Assembly: GCA_010093745.1 (NCBI GenBank)
Contig: MU006019.1
Location: 62,001 to 82,164 of the forward strand
DNA length: 20,164 nucleotides
DNA from: Piedraia hortae CBS 480.64
Lineage: Eukaryota
Direction: 5' to 3'
Positions within the stretch are counted from its first letter, which is position 1. The number at the start of each line of letters is the position of its first letter. Both the position numbers and the translations under genes were made by a program. The notes under the pieces were generated by a model. The model had not been told where the DNA came from, did not search any database, and saw nothing but the letters and a program-made list of their open reading frames with translations. Of the stretch, positions 10,575 through 19,437 are shown piece after piece.

Positions 10575-12215
10575 ATGGACACACTTCAAGACACGGACTG
10601 GGACCTCGTAATCTCTGGAACAGGAGTCCCCCAGTCTCTGCTCGCACTGTAAGCATTTTGTGTCTTCTGTCATTGGCTATTAAAGTACGCAAGTGCTCTC
10701 TCTCGCCGCGGACTCAGGATATTGCATCTTGACCGCAACCCTTACTACGGCCAGAATGAAGCTGCCTTGACGCTGAACGAGGCCCAAGAATGGGCACAGA
10801 GACACACTTGTGACAACTTCTCGCCCTTTACCCAAGCTTCGGTTTCCACACCGGCGACAGACGGCAAGCTTGGTTCTTCTCGCGCCTATGCCTTGGCACT
10901 GGCACCGCAGTTCGTCTACTCGTGGTCCCAGCTGGTACCGGCCCTAATCAGCTCTCAAACGCACAATCATCTGGAGTTTCAAGCTGTTGGGTCTTGGTTC
11001 ACTTTGCCAAAGTCTGGGTCGAGCCTTCTGCACGTGCCCAATGGTAGAGAGGACATTTTTCAAGACGAGTCGCTAAACCTGCGCACTAAACGATCTCTGG
11101 TAAAGTTTCTGCGCTACGTTGCCGACTACGAGGGCCAAGGAGATTGGTCGGAGAAGAAAGGCAGAAGCTTCGTGGAGGAGCTCAGCGAATCGTTTGGCTT
11201 ATCCGATGTCTCGTACAGTCCCCTCTTGGCTCTTGCCCTGAGTTCTGAGCCTGCACATGACACCACATTTGGCTCCATCATCCCCAAGATTGCTTGTCAT
11301 ATACGCAGCATGGGCGCCTTTGGAGCTGGCTTTGCTGCCGTGATGCCTAAATGGGGCGGTTTGGCGGAATTGGCCCAAGTTGCATGTCGAGCTTGTGCCG
11401 TTGGTGGTGGGGTTTATGTCCTGAACAGGGGAATTGAGTCGGCCACGCAACTGTCTACCGGGCAGCTCTCGCTGGAGCTTGCGGGTGGTGATAGAGTGAC
11501 GACCAAGTGGCTGGTTGGCTCATCAGCAGACATGCCGCAAGAACTTCAACCCCAAGGCGAAACCATCAGCACAGCCGACTACGCCAAGAGCATTTGCATC
11601 GTCTCCTCGCCGCTGCCTACATTGTTTCCACCGACATCCGATGGTGTTGTGCCTGCCGGGGCCGTTGTGTACGTCGAGACTGAAAGGGCGCCAGTTCGCA
11701 TTCTCGCACACTCCGGTGAAGCGGGCGAATGTCCCTCTACTCAATGTAAGTGTCTTCAAATTTCCGTGGTGAAATGATGATCACAATATTGAATACTTAT
11801 CTACATTGTCTGAACGATAATGACGATGAAATCTCTGACAAGCTGAACATCACCTGGACACACTATGTAAGCAGTGGAAGAATGAACGGTGCTGACAGGA
11901 TTAGGCGTCCTATATGCTTCTACCTTGGCTGAAGACGGGTTTGAAGTTCTCGAACAGGCTGTGCAATGGTTACTTGCAAGCCTCAATGAGCAGGCTGAGG
12001 TTCTGTGGAAGGTGCAATACCGGCATTGTGGTGCGACATTAGCAGCTCCAACTTTCGGGGACGGCGTATGCTTGCTGCCAACTGTATCACCCGACGTTAC
12101 GTTTGATGATAAAGTTCTGGATCAAGTCAAGGCTGCTTGGCTCCGAGTGAGTGGGGAAGACGAGGAAATGTTTATGCAGCTGGAGGCTCGGCAGGATAAT
12201 GTGGCAGAAGGCTGA
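10575..12215 (+). CDS. MRS6: Rab proteins geranylgeranyltransferase component A / Rab escort protein (GDI/REP family); exons 10575-10648, 10694-11745, 11905-12215 (~478 aa)
   Basis: Spliced N-terminus MDTLQDTDWDLVISGTGVPQSLLALALSRRGLRILHLDRNPYYG is the GDI/REP signature. Other motifs are HLEFQAVG, VPNGREDIF, KRSLVKFL, WGGLAELAQVACRACAVGGGVYVL and GECP..QCVLYAS. Introns are 10649-10693 (GTAAGC...AAG) and 11746-11904 (GTAAGT...GCTGAC...TAG), and both restore frame. Confidence 0.9.
11770..11842 (+). ncRNA. snR62: Intronic box C/D snoRNA, snR62/U34(SNORD34)-like, guiding 2'-O-methylation of a U in LSU rRNA
   Basis: Box C ATGATGA 11774-11780; guide CTTATCTACATTGT 11796-11809; box D' CTGA 11810-11813; C'-like ATGACGA 11820-11826; box D CTGA 11835-11838. 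The guide is complementary to the conserved LSU rRNA segment ACAAUGUAGAUAAG (recalled). The D'+5 rule points to the U, the site modified by yeast snR62 and human U34. The host intron is about three times longer than its neighbours. Confidence 0.82.
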
Positions 12216-12482
12216 ACGACGAGCGGTGGTGTAGGTACAGTAGGCTGTCACCGTTTGCTCGGCGTTCGGGTCCCGAACGGACCATACGATAGCCAAGTGA
12301 ATAACCCGAACAACCCGAACAGACGCAGGCTCGGATCCGAGCGAACAATCCATCCTGTTTTGGCTCCTTCGGGGATTTTGAAACTGCACGTCCGTTTATC
12401 AACGACGTCATAAGGGTTTTCAGCATAATCGCTGCATTCGGTCATATTCTTCGCAAATCCCTAACACCAGACCTACGACATC

Positions 12483-15400
12483 ATGTCCGCGTTGAAAAAG
12501 GCTTTGAGTCTCCGTAAGCCGCGTAAACATGAGGCCGACGGCGAAGGGGCCAAGAGTCCGCCGCTGAATGCGCGAGAAACCCGCCTCTCGTCGCTGACGG
12601 GCGCCAACTTGCTGGGACGCGCCAGCATGGACAGCTACTCGTCAGACCCGCACCACCCGTCCAAGGATGTCCACGGTCGCACCGTCAAGGACCACAGCCG
12701 CACCCACAGTCCGCTGGCCTTTCTCCGCCGCAAAGTGCGCCGCGACTCGGAGTCGTCCTTTTCTTCAACTGAGGACATGATGCTTGACCAGAACGGCCGG
12801 GTTATGAACCCGAGCCAGCAACACAAGCAGGAGATGCAGGCGGAGAAGGAGAAACACCGCAAGGAGGCAGCCGAGCGCATGGCGGCGGACAGACAGAGAA
12901 AGGAGGACATGATGAAGCGTGCAGAGCTGGAGGAACCGCCGGAGCAAAAGGCAAAGTACGGCACGCTGCCACCCAACTCTTATGCCGGCACTCCACGCGC
13001 CGACCCCCGCATTGACATCCGCTCCCTGACTCCCACCATGGCTGGCCAGGTGGTTAGCTTCCGTGCACGTATCCATAACCTGCGCAAGATGAGCGCACAC
13101 ATGATGTTCATAGAGTTCCGCCAGCACATGGCCACCATACAGGGCGTGCTGCTGGAACATGCCAATATCTCGCAGTTTTTCCTTTACTGGGCCGAGCATC
13201 TGCACGTCGAGAGCGTGGTCCATGTAATTGGAGTGGTGCAGGAGCCCAAGACAAAGCAGGGCGAAGTGCGCGGCACGACGATACACAATATTGAGATTCA
13301 CATCCATGACATGCACGTCGAGGCCGAGCCGTCGGTTCCCCTCCCGTTTACCGTACATGAGGCCGAAGTGACCAAGGCAGAAGCCGACAGGGAGGGAGAT
13401 TCACGCCACTGTCTCTCGGACCGCGCGCGGCAGACGAGCCGCATCCTAGACCTCCGGACTCAGGCATCCCAGGGCATCTTCCGCATTCAATCAGGCATCT
13501 GCCAAGCTTTTCGCGCACATTTACACGAGCTTGGCTTCATTGAAATCCACACTCCAAAGCTGCAGGGTGCGGCGTCAGAGTCTGGTGCAAGCGTCTTCAA
13601 GGTGGAATACTTTGGACGACCAGCGTTTCTGGCACAGTCGCCGCAGTTGGGTAAGCAGATGGCCATCGCTGCGGATATGCGCCGAGTGTTTGAAATTGGT
13701 CCCGTCTTCCGTGCAGAGAACAGCAATACGCATCGCCATTTGACCGAGTTCACTGGTCTGGACTTGGAAATGGCCATTGACGAGCATTATCACGAGATCC
13801 TTCGCGTCTTGGACAGCACCTTCAAGGCCATCTTCAGCTTCATCTACACCCGCTACCAGCCAGAAATTGCGGCGGTCAAGCGGCAATTCCCCCATGATGA
13901 CCTGGTGTGGCTGGAAAAGACTCCGGTCATTCCCTTTGCAGAGGCTATCCGCATGCTGAACGAGACGGGCTGGACCGATGAGGATGGGAAGCCGCTCTCG
14001 GAGAATGAAGACCTAGGCACGCGTGACGAGATTCAGCTGGGCACAGTCATCAAGGAGCGGCTGGGAACCGATTACTATGTCTTGGACAAGTTCCCGACCT
14101 CTGCCCGCCCCTTCTATGCCATGCCTGATCCCAACGATCCCAAGGTGACCAACTCATTTGATATTTTTGTCCGCGGCCAGGAAATTCTCTCTGGTGGTCA
14201 GCGCATTCACGACGCCAATATGCTGAAGGCGAAGATGGAGAGCTTGAAGATGGATCCTTCTACTTTGGAGGAATACGTGGAGGGCTTTGAATGGGGAGCT
14301 CCTCCCCACGGCGGCGGCGGCATTGGTCTGGAGCGTATCCTGATGCTTATGCTGAAGCTGAACGACATTCGCCAGGCATCAATGTTCATGCGTGATCCGC
14401 GCTCGCTGCCTTACACGCCCCCAACACGGCAACTGCGTCACCCTGAAGCCAGCACTCTGCATCCGCCGTGGGAAAAGGACCCGGAAGGTGAACACGAGAT
14501 GCAGCCGATTGAGAAGCTCATTGCCAACTACGGAGACGCTTCCAATACGTCGTGGTTGGAACCGCGTTTCGAGACTTGGCGTGATAGACATACGGGGGCC
14601 GCTGTGGGATACGTGCCCCATCAGGGCTACGCAATCATCATCGGTGATCCGCTGTGCCACTCGACTCAGCTAGGCAAGACGATTGGCGGCTTCCTAAGGT
14701 TTGTAAAGAAGGAGCTGCACCTGAAGCCGCTGTGGCTGCTCTGTAACCATAAGGTGGAGGAGTTGCTCGGCGACAGACACGACTGGCGCACGTTTTCGGT
14801 CGTGGCAGAGCAGCGAATCGATCTGGTAGACAATGTCGCGGGACGGGACAAGGAGCTTGAGCGCAAATGTCGCCATGCGGAGAAGGAGGGCATCAAAATC
14901 CACACCGTGCCCCTGGGCTCGGAAATGTCGCCCGAAGTGCGGAAGCAGATTGACGTTCGCGTGCAAGACTGGCTGAGGAACCGAAAAGGCAAACAGGTGC
15001 ATTTGACAGACGTCCATCCGTGGCAGGATATGCCTCACCGAACCTATCACTACAGCGTCACACCAGACGGCACCATTGCCGGGCTCATAATCATGGCCCA
15101 GCTCTCGCCTGAGAACGGTTTGCAGGTCAAGTTCTCACTAGACTTTCCTGGCGCGCCGTCTGGTGCCATAGAATATCTTGTCGTGCATGCATTGAGACAG
15201 GCTTCGGCCGCGGGTGAGACGCGAGTCACGTTCGGCGCGGGAGCAACGGGCAATTTTACCGTTGGACGCAATATGAAGGGTGCTCGGGTGCGCGTGCTGA
15301 CCAGGGCTTACCTCGCCATTGCGTCGGAGCTGAAGCTCACCAACAAGAGCGAGTTTAGGCAGAAGCTGGGAGCCAAGGAGGATCCGGTTTACAGTGAGTT

Positions 15401-15531
15401 TTGGCGATCCGTTTGGTTTATAGCAAAAGCTAACAGGAACAGTCTGCTATCCTCCACGAGGCTTGGGGGCGGGGGGGGTAAGGGCCATCATGTCCTTCTT
15501 CGAGGACGGCGACGGGAACAGCACAGTCTAG
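12483..15531 (+). CDS. erdS: Ergosteryl-3beta-O-L-aspartate synthase: aspartyl-tRNA synthetase fused to a C-terminal DUF2156 (MprF/aaPGS-like) transferase domain; exons 12483-15393 and 15443-15531 (~999 aa)
   Basis: It has an OB-fold anticodon domain (VSFRARIHNLR...FIEFRQ) and class IIb AspRS motifs (FIEIHTPKL, LAQSPQL.KQ, GPVFRAENSNTHRHLTEFTGLDLEM, GQEILSGGQRIH, PPHGGGGIGLER, RDPR). A further ~330-aa domain carries LIANYGDASNTSW, IIGDPLC, WL..RKG.Q, PGAPSGAIEYLV, VTFG and K.EFRQKLG. The 49-nt intron 15394-15442 (GTGAGT...GCTAAC...CAG) gives the ending VYICYPPRGLGAGGVRAIMSFFEDGDGNSTV* and removes the overlap with the convergent gene. Confidence 0.92.
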
Positions 15532-15575
15532 AGACCTTTGCGGGTTACTCAACGTTTTTCTCAAATGACATGAAC

Positions 15576-16742
15576 TCAAGTACTAATTCTATCCAGAGCT
15601 TGCTGGACATCTTTGACCAGGTCTTGTCCGTCTTCGATTCCACATGAGAGACGGACGAGGTTATCGTAGACGCCAGAAGCCTCACGAGCTTCCACCGGAA
15701 TGCCCATGTGTGTCATAGCAGCCGGGACTTCGCAGAGAGACTCGATGCCACCCAGAGACTCGGCCAGTATGAAGATTTTGGTGGACTGGCAGAATTTGTG
15801 AGCCGCCTCTTTTCCGGCTTTTAGGCGGAAAGAGAGCATGCCGCCTCCGAGGCCGTCTCTGTGCTGTGCCTTGACCAATTCCCGCTGCGGGTGAGTCTCT
15901 AAACCAGGGTAGTTGACAAGGGCTACGTGCGGATTGTTCTGCAATGCCTTTGCGACCAAAGCAGCGTTTGCGCTGGCCTCACGCGCGCGCAGGTGCAACG
16001 TTTTGAGACCTCTGTGGGCGAGCCAGCAGTCGAACGGCGAGGGAACAGCACCAATCGCGTTTTGCAAAAACGCTAGTTTTTTATGCAAGACATCACTGTT
16101 GTAGGCCGCAACACCCATGCAAACATCCGAATGGCCGTTAATGTATTTTGTGACTGAGTGCGTAACGATATCCGCGCCAAGAACCAGCGGATTTTGAATG
16201 TAAGGTGAGAGGAAAGTATTGTCTACGACGACGATGATGCCCCTTCCATGTGCAATCTGGCAGACTGCACGAATGTCGACGAGGCCCAAGGTCGGATTGG
16301 ACGGAGTCTCGATCCAGACCATTTTTGTCTCTGGCCGGAGAAGCTCCGCCAACTCCGATCCGATGGCTTTGCTAAAAGTCACATTCACATTATGCGCCGA
16401 GGCTACTTGGGTGAAGTAGCGGTGAGTACCGCCGTAGACGTCCGCTATGGACACCACGTGGCTGTTTGGAGGCAGACTCTGGAGGATAATAGCCGTTGCT
16501 GCGGAACCAGAGGAGAAAGCGGACGCGTATTTTGCCTTTTCCAACACCGCGATGCTCGCTTCGAACGCACTCCGGTTCGGGTTTGAAGACCGTGTGTACT
16601 CAAACGCCCCTACAGGTTGACCAACGGCCGTCTGGGCAAAGGTAGTGCTGAGGCATATGGAAGGAATCACAGCGCCAGTCACCCGATCAGGCTCTGATCC
16701 GGCGTGCACCGCTTGTGTGCCGAAACCGTCCCCGTCCACCAT
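15576..16742 (-). CDS. CYS3: Cystathionine gamma-lyase (Cys/Met metabolism PLP-dependent enzyme), 388 aa, intronless
   Basis: GFGTQAVHAG, LSTTFAQ, YTRSSNPNR, FSSGSAAT, DVYGGT.RYF, WIETPSNPTL, VVDNTF, HSVTKYINGHSD (PLP lysine), LAESLGGIESL..VPA.MTH, LVRLSCGIED. Confidence 0.95.
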   Translation of the reverse strand: MVDGDGFGTQAVHAGSEPDRVTGAVIPSICLSTTFAQTAVGQPVGAFEYTRSSNPNRSAFEASIAVLEKAKYASAFSSGSAATAIILQSLPPNSHVVSIADVYGGTHRYFTQVASAHNVNVTFSKAIGSELAELLRPETKMVWIETPSNPTLGLVDIRAVCQIAHGRGIIVVVDNTFLSPYIQNPLVLGADIVTHSVTKYINGHSDVCMGVAAYNSDVLHKKLAFLQNAIGAVPSPFDCWLAHRGLKTLHLRAREASANAALVAKALQNNPHVALVNYPGLETHPQRELVKAQHRDGLGGGMLSFRLKAGKEAAHKFCQSTKIFILAESLGGIESLCEVPAAMTHMGIPVEAREASGVYDNLVRLSCGIEDGQDLVKDVQQALDRIST

Positions 16743-16852
16743 TTCAAATTCCTGATGGACTAGGGCAGAGGGGATGGAGATGGCTGACCTGAAGGAGCCT
16801 AGCGCCGGCTGAGGCAGTCCTCGGGCTAGCCACCAGTCGTTGCGACACCCAC

Positions 16853-16979
16853 AACGTGCCCAAACGTCCGATGCTGATTGGCCGAAATCGACAACCGATA
16901 AACACGACCTAGGTTAAACAATGGATATTTTTTTTCCAAAAACTCCCGTCCAGTGACTGCAAGATCAGCTCCCACGTGC
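16853..16979. promoter_or_regulatory. Divergent promoter elements: Pho4/NUC-1/PalcA-type E-boxes and a CCAAT box
   Basis: CCCACGTGC at 16971-16979 (reverse complement GCACGTGGG), AACGTGC at 16853-16859 (reverse complement GCACGTT) and ATTGG at 16877-16881. All lie in the 339-bp gap upstream of a phosphate-transporter-family gene. Confidence 0.5.
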
Positions 16980-17081
16980 ATTGTGTGAGGCGCGCCTCAG
17001 GCGTACCGATAGGTTCCTCCCTCCCTTCAAATTGCTGCAGCTTCTTGCACAAACCTGCAACCTGCAGATTGGAGGCAAACC

Positions 17082-19025
17082 ATGAATAGTTCTATGCGTG
17101 ACTATGGCCTCGCTGCCCCCCATGGACCAAACCTCACGGGCGGCCATGTTGCCACGGCCAGCCTGGCGGATATGTCGCCCGGCGAGGAGTCGGGTTTCCG
17201 TCAGATCTTGCAGCCAAACGACAGTTATGACGAGACGGGCACGTATTGGGCCGATATGGGACTGATGAGACGCGCCAAATTCACAACAAAAGTCGACTCC
17301 AAAGAGGCGGCTGCTGAGCTCAGATCGATTGGGCAGATGATGAAGAGAGATCCCCTCAGCCCGGTTTCCTACTACTTCCGCAACATGGTCCTGCCCGGCA
17401 TGGGCCTCTTGCTCGAAGGATATGTCCTTTTTTCGATCGGTATCCTCGAGTCTCTGTACAAAGCGGCATATCCCGAGTGCTGGGACAAGCACAAGGTGTG
17501 TGACAAGCAGTGGACGCAGGCCGTTGTCTACATGGAAATCGTCGGCATCATGGTAGGCCAGATCCTCGTCGGCTTCGTTGGTGACTGGATGGGTCGTCGT
17601 TGGGGTCTCATCCAGGATGCCGTCATCATGTTCCTTGGACTGATTCTGCTCATTTCTGCCTGGGCGAGCACGCTTCAGGGCTGGGTTATTTTTTACGCCT
17701 GGGCCCTGTTCTTCTACAGCATCGGTGTTGGTGGCGAGTATCCTATGACGGCCACGTCTGGCATGGAAAACGCCGTTGGGTCTGGCAAGATTTCGACGCG
17801 CGAGGACCGCCTGCACCGTGGCCGCAAGGTCGTCTCTGCTTTCCTCATGCAGGGCTGGGCGCAGTTGCTGAACCAGGCCGTGCTCATCATCCTCCTCCTC
17901 ATCTTCAACCACGGTGGTTCTCCCCCTTACAGCCGCCAGACAGTGCAGCTCACCTACCGCGTCTCGTTTGCGTTCCCGGCCATTGGCACCCTCTGGCTCA
18001 TCTACTACCGTACGTGGAAGATGAAGTCTGCGTCCAAGCAACTGGAAATCGCCAAGCGGAAGCAGCACGTTACCGGCTACGATGCAACCTCCCTGAAACT
18101 CGTCTTCACCAAGTTCGGCGGGCGCGTCATCGCCACTGCCTTTGCGTGGTTTGCCAACGACGTCTTCTTCTACGGCAACAAGCTCTTCCAGGCGCAGTTC
18201 ATCGCCGCTCTCTACCCTGGCTCTCACTCCGTCATGGTCTCCTGGTCGTGGAACATGGTCAACTGCGTCGTCAGTCTGGCGGGCTACTATCTCGCCTCTT
18301 TCCTGATCGACAACAAACTGTACGGCCGCAAATGGATGCAAATGGTCGGCTTCCTAGGCGATTTCATCTGCTTCATCATCCCGGCCTACAACTACGACTA
18401 CTACGCCAAGGGCCCCGGCGTTCACTCCTTCATGGCAATGTACTTCATCTCTTCCTTTTTCAACCAATTCGGGCCCAACTGCGTCAGCTTCCTCGTCGCG
18501 GCAGAAGTCTTCCCCACCCCTGTCCGCGCCACAGCCCACGGCTTCGGCGCCGCGGCAGGAAAAGCGGGTGCCCTCCTCGCCGCCGTCCTCTACAACTACA
18601 TCGACATCCGCATGCGGTACAAGGTCGTCCCGTGGTTCGGTCTCGCCGGAGCCCTCGTCACCTGGATCTGGCTCCCTGACACTACCGGTCTCGACCTCAA
18701 GGAACAAGAACGTCGCTGGAACTATATCCGCCAAGGCAGGGAGAAGGAATACCATGGTGTTGCCGTCCATCCGAAACATCTCTCCCTCTGGGAGCGCATG
18801 CGCGGGGTCGGGAAGCAGTATAACCCCCAGCTCGACTATGAGCAGCGTCTTGAGGAGCTCAGGGGTGATTGGGAGGAGTCGATGAGGAGACGCGCGCAGG
18901 AGAAGGGTGCGTTTGAAGAGGATGGCGAGGATGATTGGTCTTCGGAGGTTAGCCAGTTTTTTGAACGCACGAGAAATGTCCATCCCCAAGGACGGAGCGT
19001 TATGAGTGATGAGAAGGTGGAATAA
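17082..19025 (+). CDS. MFS transporter of the phosphate:H+ symporter (Pho84/Git1-like) family, 647 aa, intronless
   Basis: About 12 hydrophobic segments; GMGLLLEGYVLFSIG, GQILVGFVGDWMGRR (MFS motif A), GVGGEYP (PHS signature), RG..V..AFLMQGW, WFANDVFFYG, GRKWMQ.VGF, FNQFGPN..SF..AAEVFPT.VRAT.HG..AA.GK.GA. Confidence 0.9.
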   Translation: MNSSMRDYGLAAPHGPNLTGGHVATASLADMSPGEESGFRQILQPNDSYDETGTYWADMGLMRRAKFTTKVDSKEAAAELRSIGQMMKRDPLSPVSYYFRNMVLPGMGLLLEGYVLFSIGILESLYKAAYPECWDKHKVCDKQWTQAVVYMEIVGIMVGQILVGFVGDWMGRRWGLIQDAVIMFLGLILLISAWASTLQGWVIFYAWALFFYSIGVGGEYPMTATSGMENAVGSGKISTREDRLHRGRKVVSAFLMQGWAQLLNQAVLIILLLIFNHGGSPPYSRQTVQLTYRVSFAFPAIGTLWLIYYRTWKMKSASKQLEIAKRKQHVTGYDATSLKLVFTKFGGRVIATAFAWFANDVFFYGNKLFQAQFIAALYPGSHSVMVSWSWNMVNCVVSLAGYYLASFLIDNKLYGRKWMQMVGFLGDFICFIIPAYNYDYYAKGPGVHSFMAMYFISSFFNQFGPNCVSFLVAAEVFPTPVRATAHGFGAAAGKAGALLAAVLYNYIDIRMRYKVVPWFGLAGALVTWIWLPDTTGLDLKEQERRWNYIRQGREKEYHGVAVHPKHLSLWERMRGVGKQYNPQLDYEQRLEELRGDWEESMRRRAQEKGAFEEDGEDDWSSEVSQFFERTRNVHPQGRSVMSDEKVE

Positions 19026-19148
19026 ACATTGGTAATTTCTTGATAGGGAATTGACTTTTTGTCAGGCTTTCAGTAACTGGGGAGGTGTATTCATAGCGTG
19101 CAGGTTCATGTTTACGTTTGAGGAGGATGTCGTGGAGGTGTAGTCACC

Positions 19149-19164
19149 GTGTGTGTGTGTGTGT
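19149..19164. repeat. (GT)8 microsatellite; a second (GT)6 tract lies at 19358-19370
   Basis: Read directly from the sequence. Confidence 0.85.
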
Positions 19165-19437
19165 AGTGGGATCGCATCATTGATGAAGGTACCGCCGTGA
19201 TACAATGTAACAGCGTGAAAACCGTACCACCATCATGCATCAACCAAACCTTGCAACATTCGTTGTACATAGCCATATAAAATACACGTGGAACTATCAT
19301 CCACCTCACGCAGGAAGTATCTAGCGCTGAGAAGCAAGAATATTCCCCAACAATGGCGTGTGTGTGTGTGCCCCACCATCCCACCATCCTACCAACCCAT
19401 CCAACCCGTCCAACCCATCCCACCAAATCCATCCAAC

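Noticed and set aside
12483..15647. The 1054-aa ORF as the true protein, overlapping CYS3
   Set aside because: A canonical intron at 15394-15442 gives a 999-aa product with a more plausible C-terminus and no coding overlap.
16965..18989. Long antisense ORFs (458 aa at 16965-18341, 211 aa at 18354-18989) and a 359-aa alternative-frame ORF (17600-18679) over the transporter
   Set aside because: They are shadows of strong C/G third-position codon bias in the real MFS gene and have no recognisable motifs.
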